Shown: piece by piece, positions 1 to 8,983 of the stretch | Numbering within the stretch: the stretch's first letter is position 1 | How the letters are laid out: each line of letters opens with the position of its first letter | DNA from: Candidatus Thorarchaeota archaeon | GTDB lineage: Archaea > Asgardarchaeota > Heimdallarchaeia > Hodarchaeales > Hodarchaeaceae | Direction: 5' to 3' | Assembly: GCA_048882505.1 (NCBI GenBank) | Contig: JBHLRO010000001.1 | Coordinates: 150,001 to 182,000 of the forward strand | DNA: 32,000 bases | The notes under the pieces: model-generated | Told to the model about the DNA's origin: nothing | Database searches by the model: none | Seen by the model: only the letters and a program-made list of their open reading frames with translations | Translations under genes and position numbers: made by a program

Positions 1-767
1 CAAAAATTCTTCCAAAATTTAAATTCCAACGGGGCAAAAGATAGAAATTGGTTATCCTCTGTTCGAAATATTCTATAATATGGTTGGAAGCCGGACAAAA
101 AGTGGTCCTCTCTTTCAGGTTCTCCAAGACCAACGAGGTAGGTTGCAGCAACAATCGATAACCACGAAATCAAATGGTCAGTCATCGAAACGTGGATATA
201 TTGAGATTCATCCTTTCGTTGATAAAGTGCGGCCAAAATAGAAATCACTGCTGGTAAAGCGCCTCCACCTATGTCACCTATTTGTACACCTGGAGGTATT
301 GGTCGTTCACGAGGACCTGTGATATGAAGGACTCCACTCATTGCTAGATAGTTAAGGTCATGGCCAGCCCTTGTGTCATTTGGGCCATACCCAGTTAAGG
401 AGCAGTAGATGATCTTTGGCTGGATTTGTCGTATGGAATTATAACCAATCTGTAATCGGTCTGCCGTCCCAGGCCGAAATCCTTCGATAACAACGTCTGC
501 AGTCGTGGCTAACCTATAAAAGATTTCTCGTCCTTTCTTGCTTTTTAAATCCAGAGATATCGATCTTTTATTACGGTTTAATAACGAAAAAACCATGGAT
601 TCGCTTTCTATGAAAGGGGGGTAGTGTCGTGTTTGGTCACCATTCAAATTTTCAACTTTAATTACTTCTGCTCCCATATCACCTAGGATTTGGGTTGCAA
701 AAGGCCCTGGAAGGTTGCTTGTTAAATCCAAAACTCTTATTCCTTTCAAAGCGTTTCTTAAGGGCAT
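1..767 (-). CDS. CaiB/BaiF family III CoA-transferase (3' end runs off the left edge)
   Basis: Not in the ORF track; translated by hand: MPLRNALKGIRVLDLTSNLPGPFATQILGDMGAEVIKVE...LNRNKKSISLDLK...ADVVIEGFRPG...IIYCSLTGYG...AGHDLNYLAMSG, which are typical family III motifs. In-frame ATGs also lie at 815 and 920; 767 fits the usual family N-terminus. Confidence 0.92.
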   Translation of the reverse strand, partial: MPLRNALKGIRVLDLTSNLPGPFATQILGDMGAEVIKVENLNGDQTRHYPPFIESESMVFSLLNRNKRSISLDLKSKKGREIFYRLATTADVVIEGFRPGTADRLQIGYNSIRQIQPKIIYCSLTGYGPNDTRAGHDLNYLAMSGVLHITGPRERPIPPGVQIGDIGGGALPAVISILAALYQRKDESQYIHVSMTDHLISWLSIVAATYLVGLGEPEREDHFLSGFQPYYRIFRTEDNQFLSFAPLEFKFWKNF

Positions 768-1185
768 AAATCTTCGAAATATCCACAATTTCTTTCCTAA
801 ATAAAGTCGATCCATGGGAAATGACGGTTTTTCCTTAGACTCAGAATATCGGAACTCACTATTTTTTTTGCCATCGCTCCTCTTCCTCCCCTTTCTTATT
901 TTAGGATGCAAACAGACCATTTTCGGATCATGAGTGACTCTTCCAACCAATATGGATTGACTTTCTCTTAAAGTAACGTAGATAGATGGTGATGTGCTTA
1001 AAAGAACGAACTTGTCAGGGCAAAATGGAGTTGAAATTAAGGATGGATCGTATTCCTACTAATTAATTTTGAGATTAGGGACTATATTACTCGTATGGGG
1101 CAGTTAAAATCATCTTATATGAATTCCATCCAGAAGAACATTAAACCAGCCTTTTCTCCGGCTACAAAGGAGGAGATTACGCTTT

Positions 1186-2691
1186 ATGTCCACTGAAGAA
1201 TCAGGTTCATACGCTGATAATGCAGACGAAATCGAAACGTTCAACGTTGATAAAGAAAAGGACTTTTCTAATTGGTTTACCAAGATTGTTCACCAAGCTG
1301 AGCTCGCTGATATGCGATATAATGTAAAGGGATTTATAGTTTATCGCCCATGGTCAACAATTGCCATGAAACTCATGTTCGATATTTATGAGGGGGAACT
1401 AGATAAATTTGGTCATGCCCCTGTAATTTTTCCTTCAGTTATTCCGGAAAGCAATTTTCAAGTTGAAGCTGAGCACGTCGAAGGTTTTGCCCCTGAAGTG
1501 TTTTGGATATCCTCTGCAGGAAGTAGTGGGAAGCTTGAAGAACGTCTGGCTTTAAGGCCAACTTCCGAGACAGCTATGTATCCACTTTATTCGTTGTGGA
1601 TTAGAAGCTGGCGAGATCTTCCCCTAAAACTGTATCAGAGTGGAAAAGTTTGGCGATATGAAGGTAAATCAACCCGACCATTTTTGCGAGGTCGAGAGTT
1701 CATTTGGATCGAGAGTCACGACGTTTTTGCAACATTGGAGGAAGCGAAAGCACAGACCAGGGAGGATATGCAAATTTCGCGAAACTGCTTGACGGAGCAA
1801 TTTGGGATCCCGTTCATTGGATTCCAACGTCCTGAGTGGGATAAATTCGCAGGGGCCGTCCATACATATGCCGCTGACACTCTTATGCCAGATGGTCGTT
1901 TTCTCCAACTTCCTTCAACTCACCTCTTGGGAGATAAATTTGCCCAAGCGTTCGGTATCAATTTTACTGATGCAGCTGGAGAATCTCATATTGCGTTTCA
2001 AACATGCTATGGCCCGGCAATATCTCGTATATTTGGCGCAATGATTGCGGTTCATGGTGATAATGCAGGTTTAATTTTTCCCTTTAAGGTGGCGCCGCTT
2101 CAAATTATCATTGTTCCTATCCTAGCTAAAGGTAAAACTAAGATGGTCGAAGAGTATTGTGACTCCTTAAAAACGGAATTACGGGATTCTGGCTTTCGTG
2201 TCGATGTCGATCACTCCACTCGTCGCCCAGGCGATAAGTACTATTATTGGGAAATGAAAGGAGTTCCAGTCCGCTGCGAAATAGGTCCCACAGAAGTTGA
2301 AGAATCTCGAATCACTCTCTTCAGACGTGATACTCGAGAAAAGCAGATAGTTGACCGACGGAATCTTAGTAAAACTATTTCTAGCCTTGGTCAAGCCATC
2401 ACGGATGAATTGAAACAGCGAGCTATTGTGAATTTTGAGAAGCGTTTAGCTCGTGCGGATACGATTGAAGAGTTAATTCACCACTTAAATCGTCAACGTA
2501 TGATCAAGATACCCTTTTGTTCTATTGATTTGGATGGCCAAACCTGTGCAGAACGAATTAAGGATGAAATGGCTGGTGCTGAAGTACGGGGGATCGATGT
2601 TCATGAAACTGAAGAACCAACCGCAGAACAAACCTGTTTTATGTGTGGTAAGCCTGCTAAATGCTTCGTGTATGTAGGTAAGCAATATTAG
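1186..2691 (+). CDS. proS: Prolyl-tRNA synthetase, archaeal/eukaryotic type
   Basis: LALRPTSETAMY, motif 2 (WRYEGKSTRPFLRGREFIW), anticodon-binding domain (GVPVRCEIGP) and the C-terminal Zn domain (CFMCGKPAKCFVYVGKQY) typical of archaeal/eukaryotic ProRS. GGAGG lies upstream. Confidence 0.97.
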   Translation: MSTEESGSYADNADEIETFNVDKEKDFSNWFTKIVHQAELADMRYNVKGFIVYRPWSTIAMKLMFDIYEGELDKFGHAPVIFPSVIPESNFQVEAEHVEGFAPEVFWISSAGSSGKLEERLALRPTSETAMYPLYSLWIRSWRDLPLKLYQSGKVWRYEGKSTRPFLRGREFIWIESHDVFATLEEAKAQTREDMQISRNCLTEQFGIPFIGFQRPEWDKFAGAVHTYAADTLMPDGRFLQLPSTHLLGDKFAQAFGINFTDAAGESHIAFQTCYGPAISRIFGAMIAVHGDNAGLIFPFKVAPLQIIIVPILAKGKTKMVEEYCDSLKTELRDSGFRVDVDHSTRRPGDKYYYWEMKGVPVRCEIGPTEVEESRITLFRRDTREKQIVDRRNLSKTISSLGQAITDELKQRAIVNFEKRLARADTIEELIHHLNRQRMIKIPFCSIDLDGQTCAERIKDEMAGAEVRGIDVHETEEPTAEQTCFMCGKPAKCFVYVGKQY

Positions 2692-2739
2692 TGAGGTTAC
2701 ATGTTTTAGCGTTCGTTAACACAAATTGTGTGTGATAAA

Positions 2740-3273
2740 ATGGGATTAGAAAAGAAAATTAGACGGCTTGGCGAAATATACGCTCGCGCGTTTTCGATAA
2801 GTTTGGATGAAGTTGCTCTCCCTTCGGGCCGTGTAACGGAACGAATACGCGTAAATCATCCCGATGCTTCCGCACTGGTTCCTATCCTTGATGATGGGCG
2901 GGTTTTACTAGTTAAACAATATCGATACTCTATTCATGAGGAAACTTTAGAAATTCCTGCAGGAAAAATAGATCCAGGGGAAGATCCAGAAGCCTGTGTC
3001 CGTCGTGAATTCGAAGAAGAAACGGGATATAAAGTGAATAATGTTGAATTCCTCTTGAAATTTGCACCAGCCATTGGCTACTCATCAGAAATTTTATACC
3101 TTTACAAAGGAACAGGGATCCAGAAGATCGAAGCATCGCCTCATTCAGATGAAATATCCAGTGTCCTTGCTTTGTCATTAGATCAGATTCGAAACAAAAT
3201 ATATAATCAAGAGATCAAAGATGGAAAAACTTTAGTCGGTCTCTATTCTTTGTTTTCTGAGGCTTTACTTTAA
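2740..3273 (+). CDS. NUDIX hydrolase, ADP-ribose pyrophosphatase-like
   Basis: Nudix box GKIDPGEDPEACVRREFEEETGY; LVKQYRY and EIPAG; C-terminal IKDGKT. ATG 2740 is preferred over the ORF-track start at 2728. Confidence 0.9.
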   Translation: MGLEKKIRRLGEIYARAFSISLDEVALPSGRVTERIRVNHPDASALVPILDDGRVLLVKQYRYSIHEETLEIPAGKIDPGEDPEACVRREFEEETGYKVNNVEFLLKFAPAIGYSSEILYLYKGTGIQKIEASPHSDEISSVLALSLDQIRNKIYNQEIKDGKTLVGLYSLFSEALL

Positions 3274-3332
3274 AAATGGGCAGATTGGAGCAAAGCTCCG
3301 GCAAAAAATCATTCTAGTTTTTATCTGATTGA

Positions 3333-4076
3333 TCATATCGGTACCAATCGCCCGTCACACATTGGGCAAACCACTCTACCGACCTTGGCTGATTCTGCGA
3401 AAGCCTCAACGCATACATATCGCCCACAGTTATCGCATTGCATTCGTGGCGTTCCAGCTATATGTTTCACTCCGCACAATTGGCAGTAAAAGGGAGGGGC
3501 CCCGCTTGTAATAGTAGAAGCAGAGGCTGTTTGAGGAATTTCTGAAACATTCTGCGTCTTTCCGCCTTTTTGTGGGGCCACAAACTCTGTAAATCTCCCC
3601 GTTCGCGATTCTTCAACATAATGCTTCAGGTATTTGTTGGGTTTTTGCATTTCGGAAAAATAAAATATCCAGAGAATACCAATTGTAAGAAAAGTTCCGA
3701 TGAGGACAAATACGTACCCTAAAACCGGGATAGCGAGGATCCACATTAAGAAATTCTTTAAGGAATTTTTAGAGTATAATTTCTGCTGATATACGGGATC
3801 TTCCGTTATAATTTCAAAGAACACTCTCTGAAAAGGATAATTTCCCTCGAAGTTGGAGTGGCTTTTCCAGATCTTGATAAATTCTTCCTCCACCCTTCTT
3901 GAAGTCCATAACCACCAGATGGCTAACGCCCAAATCCAGAGATACCCAATGATGATTATTCCGCTAATCAGGATGTACCTCTCTATTCTTTTCGCTTTTT
4001 CGATTTTCATGTGTGCTAGAGCTATTTCGTAACCATAACCCTGCCCCATTTTATCATATTGGTAAATGCCGCCCAT
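3333..4076 (-). CDS. Membrane protein with a C-terminal Cys-rich RING-like zinc-binding domain
   Basis: Two long hydrophobic segments, a low-complexity linker, then C-x2-C-x12-C-x2-C-x4-C-x2-A-x11-C-x2-C ending CPMCDGRL. Confidence 0.75.
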   Translation of the reverse strand: MGGIYQYDKMGQGYGYEIALAHMKIEKAKRIERYILISGIIIIGYLWIWALAIWWLWTSRRVEEEFIKIWKSHSNFEGNYPFQRVFFEIITEDPVYQQKLYSKNSLKNFLMWILAIPVLGYVFVLIGTFLTIGILWIFYFSEMQKPNKYLKHYVEESRTGRFTEFVAPQKGGKTQNVSEIPQTASASTITSGAPPFYCQLCGVKHIAGTPRMQCDNCGRYVCVEAFAESAKVGRVVCPMCDGRLVPI

Positions 4077-4167
4077 ATTGCTTGATATCTCCTTAGGTTT
4101 ACCATTCCTTTCTAGACAGCGATATCTCTCGGGATTTTTTTAAGGGTGTTGGGAGTTAATTTGCTTT

Positions 4168-4671
4168 ATGCCTTTTACTCCTTTTCATTTTGGAATCGCC
4201 TTGCTTTTTTTTGTCGTTTTGCCCTTTCTTGATCCTACGAGTCTGTTCATAGCTTCAATTGCCCCTGACGTTGAGGGCATGGTTGCACTCTTTATCCTCC
4301 CTTCTGCTGGGCTGCCTCTGCATGGGCCGCTCCATTCATTTGTAGGCGCAATTGTTCTTGGAATTATGGTTGGAGGAGGATCATACTTGCTGTGGAGACT
4401 CCTTGAACTGCCCGCTATCTTCAAAGATCATTCTTTCCGTCGATTAACTTTAGCAAAATCAATCATAAGTGGTCTATTGGGAAGTATTAGTCATGTCATT
4501 CTTGATGCCCCACTCTACAGCGAAATGACACCATTTCTCCCAGTTTCAGGAAATCCAATCGTAAATGTTGTACCTGCTTACTTTCCCTACCTTATTTGTG
4601 TCCTGAGTTTCATAGGCGCATTACTAGTCATTCTAATTCGGTTCCGCTCTCAAAATCAATCCTTCACCTAA
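4168..4671 (+). CDS. DUF4184/YdjM-like membrane-bound putative metal-dependent hydrolase
   Basis: MPFTPFH N-terminus; PDVE, HGPLHS and SHVILD motifs within hydrophobic helices. Confidence 0.75.
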   Translation: MPFTPFHFGIALLFFVVLPFLDPTSLFIASIAPDVEGMVALFILPSAGLPLHGPLHSFVGAIVLGIMVGGGSYLLWRLLELPAIFKDHSFRRLTLAKSIISGLLGSISHVILDAPLYSEMTPFLPVSGNPIVNVVPAYFPYLICVLSFIGALLVILIRFRSQNQSFT

Positions 4672-4789
4672 CCACACCTTGCGTTAGGTCTATCATTCCA
4701 TCATTGAAGAAGTTCATCATAATTCCTAATATTGCCATAATCAAAAAAGTGATGGACAATTAGAGGTAGAAAAAGCTCTTGGTGTCATT

Positions 4790-6610
4790 ATGGATTTATT
4801 CGATCGAATCAAACTCATCCTTGAAACCCAACCCTATATTCCCACTGATATAAGTCAGAAAAACAACCTCGCTGTGGGAAACTTCCTTACTCCTAGCAAT
4901 GCCTCCATTCTTCACCTGACCAGTTTGGAGAAGGATCCTAACGCTCATAAACCCATTTTACCTGAAAATGCATTTACAATCGACGCCAAATTTTCCCCTG
5001 ATGGCTCCTGGGTTGCAATCCCAATCGATTATACCGGAAAGGAATTAAGTTCGCTTTACCGAGTTGCTACCTCTTTTTCTGAAGAACTACCGCCGCTCGA
5101 TAAAATCAGCAAAAGCGAGGGCCGTCATGGCTTTGTCGACTGGAACCGAGAGGGAGGTAAGCTAACTTGGTGCATTTCTCAAGAAACAGGAAATAAGGTG
5201 ATAGTTCTATCCAATGAACCCGACTCACAGGAAAAAATTGTTTGGGAAGGAAAAGAAATTCCCTGGATAGGTCAATGGAAGCCCTCTAGATATATAAAGT
5301 TCACAGCGGTTTTGTCGGCAGAAAATAAGTTTCAAGAGTTCGTTATTGATCCTGACTCGGGAATTTTATTGCATAAGGTTCCAATAGCGAATTCTTACAC
5401 CTTCAATGGTTCCTGGCACCCTCAGGATCCCATATTTCCGTTTTTATCGGAAGAAGACACCAAATTAAAATTGTTTAACGCGGATTCTGGAGAGATAACC
5501 TCGTTACCTACTCCAGAAGGCGAAATCGAGACGGTTCGTTGGAGTTTGAATGGAGAAACTCTATACTTCGGAGTAACTAAAGACGGACGGGATCAAATCT
5601 ACTCTTTACACATCCCATCACAAGAACTGAAGGCGCTTACGCTACCCAAAGGATTAAATAAGCTATATGAGGTTCAGCTTTTTGAAAATAAGGAATCTAT
5701 CTTCTTTATCCATTCAGATGCAACAACCCGAATGAATCTGTGGAAATTTGATTTAGAATCGCATGAAGTTACTCAATTAACTAAGAAGCGCTCTCCGAAA
5801 GTTGGAACAGAGGATTTTCCTTTAGTGGAATCCATTAGTGAACATTGGGAATCTGCCGATGGTATGAGAATCCATGGCTTTGTCTTGGTTCCATCTAACC
5901 CCCCTCCACCCGAGGGGTACCCAGCAATCGTATATGTCCATGGTGGCCCCATGGGACAATCCGAAGATACATTCATTGGAACCTTCCAAATCTTAACCCA
6001 GGAGGGATTTGTAGTATTCCTTCCTAATTTTCGAGGCTCTACGGGTTATGGGGAAACATTTCAAATGGCCAATTATCGAGAGATCGGTAAGGCTGATTTA
6101 TTAGATATAACTACTGGAGTTAATCACATCGTTAAGAAACACGGAGTTGATCCAAACAAGGTAATTATATACGGAGGATCTTATGGGGGCTATATGACTC
6201 TTCGTGCCCTCACTAAACCTGACATCTTTAAATTTGCTGGGGGATGGGCGGAAGCTGCCATTTCTGACTGGGAATATATGTATGATTACGCTCCAGATGA
6301 AGTGTTTCGCCAGTTTGTGGTTCTTCTCTTCGGTCCCATGGAAAATGATGAAAGTCGTCCCTTCCTGAAAGAATCTTCACCTGTTCAAGATTGGGAAAAC
6401 GTCCAAGTTCCGCTCGGCATTGTTCAATTTGCCAATGACACACGAACCCCCCTGAAACCCGTCTGGGATTTTGCTCAAAAGCTCATTGAGCGTGGTGATG
6501 ATGTAGAATTCCATGTTCGTCCTATGATGGGGCATGCCAATATTCCCAAAGGATATCTTGTTCGCTCGATCGCTCGATCCATCCAATTCTGCAAGAGGGT
6601 CGTTGAATGA
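4790..6610 (+). CDS. S9 family serine peptidase (acylaminoacyl/prolyl oligopeptidase-like)
   Basis: N-terminal propeller-like repeats (FSPDG, WHPQD, WSLNG), VHGGP, PNFRGSTGYG, nucleophile GGSYGG, Asp in NDTRT and His in MGH. Confidence 0.92.
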   Translation: MDLFDRIKLILETQPYIPTDISQKNNLAVGNFLTPSNASILHLTSLEKDPNAHKPILPENAFTIDAKFSPDGSWVAIPIDYTGKELSSLYRVATSFSEELPPLDKISKSEGRHGFVDWNREGGKLTWCISQETGNKVIVLSNEPDSQEKIVWEGKEIPWIGQWKPSRYIKFTAVLSAENKFQEFVIDPDSGILLHKVPIANSYTFNGSWHPQDPIFPFLSEEDTKLKLFNADSGEITSLPTPEGEIETVRWSLNGETLYFGVTKDGRDQIYSLHIPSQELKALTLPKGLNKLYEVQLFENKESIFFIHSDATTRMNLWKFDLESHEVTQLTKKRSPKVGTEDFPLVESISEHWESADGMRIHGFVLVPSNPPPPEGYPAIVYVHGGPMGQSEDTFIGTFQILTQEGFVVFLPNFRGSTGYGETFQMANYREIGKADLLDITTGVNHIVKKHGVDPNKVIIYGGSYGGYMTLRALTKPDIFKFAGGWAEAAISDWEYMYDYAPDEVFRQFVVLLFGPMENDESRPFLKESSPVQDWENVQVPLGIVQFANDTRTPLKPVWDFAQKLIERGDDVEFHVRPMMGHANIPKGYLVRSIARSIQFCKRVVE

Positions 6611-6752
6611 CTTTCCAAATACCATGTTTTCCTCCTTTTTCCGAAGATCAGTTCAAGGATCGTTTAAAGCGTTAACTCGCAGCGTCAATGTTCTTGTTAA
6701 GAATGAAACTTGCAGGTGTCCCTGTTGATCTATATATAGAAGGGACCGTGTG

Positions 6753-8057
6753 CTAACCGCTTCGTCGAAATCGAAGAAGCTTCTTGAAAGATATATCTAG
6801 AATTCCCTCGCTTTCTATCATTTTCCCTGTAAACCAAACGGTTATCGCTATCCAGACAGCTTGAATGGCCAAGATGATCCAAGCCCATATCTCCAGTACT
6901 CCTCCCCTAAGAATCGTATGGATGGTATAGAAGTATCCTAGGACAGGAATGGTTCCGATCGCCATCTGAATGAAATCCGGAAGATCATTCAGAGGCAAAA
7001 ATCCAAGGAACATAATCGCAAAAAACGGAATTAAGAAAATCATCGACATTACCATGTTGGCTTCTCGCTCGTCTTTTGCCATTAAACTAAGTAATACAGC
7101 ACCGGTAATAAATAGAACAGAAACTAATATAACGCCCATCAGTATATAGAATAGAAATAACCAGACTGTAAGGTCTATTGACGCGATTAGATTCTCTATA
7201 ATCAGAGGTAGTTCTCTTTTTATGGATTCGGGCATGATTTGATAAATACCGATGGCAATAAGCAGGAATGACAATACGAATAAGAGGGTATTAAACAAAA
7301 CAAGGATAACACCGTAAAAGATCTTTCCTGTTATTATCGTTTTGCGTCTAACCGGTTGAAGGATCAAGCTTTCTAGTGTCTTCTGTTCCCGTTCCATTGT
7401 TACCGATATCAAGACCAGACCTAAAGGCGGAAACACGAATAAGAACATTGCATACAAGGGGATGAGCGTCAATATGGACGCGATTTGTACCTGTGGTCCC
7501 TCCGCTTCGAAAGCTTCTTCTGGAAGGATGAAAAACCTGTTTAGATTTAAGGGGCTTCCGTATTCTAATTGCAGCAATTCTTGATTTAAAGAAGTGGCGA
7601 CATTAATTATCCTAGAAACAGCAATTTCGGTGCTAGGGTTGGAATTATCATAGTATAGAAAACATTGAGCAGGAAGGTCTTTACTAATAAGTTCGCTGAG
7701 ATTGGAGGGAATGCATAATAAAACGGAGAAATTTTTGGTTGTTAATAGATCGTCAAAGTCCGTTACACTTTTGTTAACAAATTTCAAGTTCTGATTTGAA
7801 TCATTTTCCTTCAAAAGACTGTAAAAATGATCTCCCCATCTTGTTTCGTTATATCCAGGATCAGCTTGTATTATAATTACTTCTACAAACGCATCAGGTT
7901 CCTCAAGGGGCGGAGCTTGCGACAAACCGAGAAAAAAGAAGATTCCAAAAATGAGCAGAAAAACCAAAGGTGTGGCGAAGAGGAGGAATATCCGCCGCGG
8001 TGACTTAAATAGAAGTTTGATTTCCTTCTTGGTAATAATCAGAGCAGGGCTTGTCAT
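6753..8057 (-). CDS. ABC-2 type exporter permease (NatB-like)
   Basis: KEIKLLF N-terminus, one TM, a large extracellular loop, EREQKTLESLILQPV, then about 5 more TMs. ATG 8057 follows GGAGGA and the ATPase stop and is preferred over 8090. Confidence 0.88.
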   Translation of the reverse strand: MTSPALIITKKEIKLLFKSPRRIFLLFATPLVFLLIFGIFFFLGLSQAPPLEEPDAFVEVIIIQADPGYNETRWGDHFYSLLKENDSNQNLKFVNKSVTDFDDLLTTKNFSVLLCIPSNLSELISKDLPAQCFLYYDNSNPSTEIAVSRIINVATSLNQELLQLEYGSPLNLNRFFILPEEAFEAEGPQVQIASILTLIPLYAMFLFVFPPLGLVLISVTMEREQKTLESLILQPVRRKTIITGKIFYGVILVLFNTLLFVLSFLLIAIGIYQIMPESIKRELPLIIENLIASIDLTVWLFLFYILMGVILVSVLFITGAVLLSLMAKDEREANMVMSMIFLIPFFAIMFLGFLPLNDLPDFIQMAIGTIPVLGYFYTIHTILRGGVLEIWAWIILAIQAVWIAITVWFTGKMIESEGILDISFKKLLRFRRSG

Positions 8058-8058
8058 C

Positions 8059-8832
8059 TCAGTCCTCCTCCTGGTCCCCTGTCCAACCAATCAGATTCAC
8101 CACCGCATCTTCCAAATCCTCTCTCTCTTCTGCATATTTTCTAATGATTTTCACGGGCGATTCTTCTGCAATCAAGCGTCCCTTGTGAAGAATTCCCACA
8201 CGATTACATAATCGTTCCGCACTGATCATATCATGAGTAGAGAGTAGCACAGTTATTTTCTCTTTTTTGGAAAGGTTTCTGATCAATTCTCGGATTCGTC
8301 GTGATACCAAAACATCGATGCCAGCAGTGGGTTCATCCAAAAAAAGGATTTTAGGATTTCCTAAGATGGCCCGAGCTATCATCAATCTTCTTTTCATCCC
8401 ACTTGAATAAGTTTCAGCTCTGTCCTTTTTCCGATCTGCTAATCCAATCAAGGTCAATGATTCATCGATTTGGTCTTCCAGTTCACTCTCATCTAGTCCC
8501 CTAAGTTGGCCTACAAAGCGAAGGTTTTCAATGGCATTAAATTCCTCATACACACCTGCATCTTGCGGCAGACATCCGACTAGCTTCCTAACTTGATTGG
8601 ATTCAGTTATAACATCCTTTCCAAGTATTTTTCCAATTCCAGAGGTCGCCTTGATCATTGTCGTGAGTATTCGTACGGTTGTCGTCTTTCCCGCACCATT
8701 TTCTCCTAATAGACCGTAAATCTCCCCTGGTAGGATTCTTAAGTTCAAGGCCTTAAGCGCCAGTACTTGGTTTTTCCTCCCCTCATTATATATCTTGGTT
8801 AAATCCTCAGTAAATATTGCATGTGGCTCCAT
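8059..8832 (-). CDS. ABC transporter ATP-binding subunit
   Basis: Walker A GENGAGKT, signature YSSGM, Walker B LFLDE and H-loop STH. Its stop lies 1 nt before the permease ATG. Confidence 0.95.
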   Translation of the reverse strand: MEPHAIFTEDLTKIYNEGRKNQVLALKALNLRILPGEIYGLLGENGAGKTTTVRILTTMIKATSGIGKILGKDVITESNQVRKLVGCLPQDAGVYEEFNAIENLRFVGQLRGLDESELEDQIDESLTLIGLADRKKDRAETYSSGMKRRLMIARAILGNPKILFLDEPTAGIDVLVSRRIRELIRNLSKKEKITVLLSTHDMISAERLCNRVGILHKGRLIAEESPVKIIRKYAEEREDLEDAVVNLIGWTGDQEED

Positions 8833-8983
8833 AAAATCGGGAACTTATGGATTTCCAATGTTTTTTAGTATGCCCATAGCGAACCTATATTCGAATTTGA
8901 ATGCTGGCCTCATACCGAGAATGGGCAGCAGAAAGTTAGACATTTTAAAAGGTCACTTTTTTCCCTCTCAGAATTGATGGAGC

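Noticed and set aside
768-1055. The CoA-transferase frame stays open for 96 codons upstream of ATG 767 (ATGs at 815 and 920)
   Set aside because: The extension has no recognisable features and covers the divergent promoter region; the family N-terminus starts at 767.
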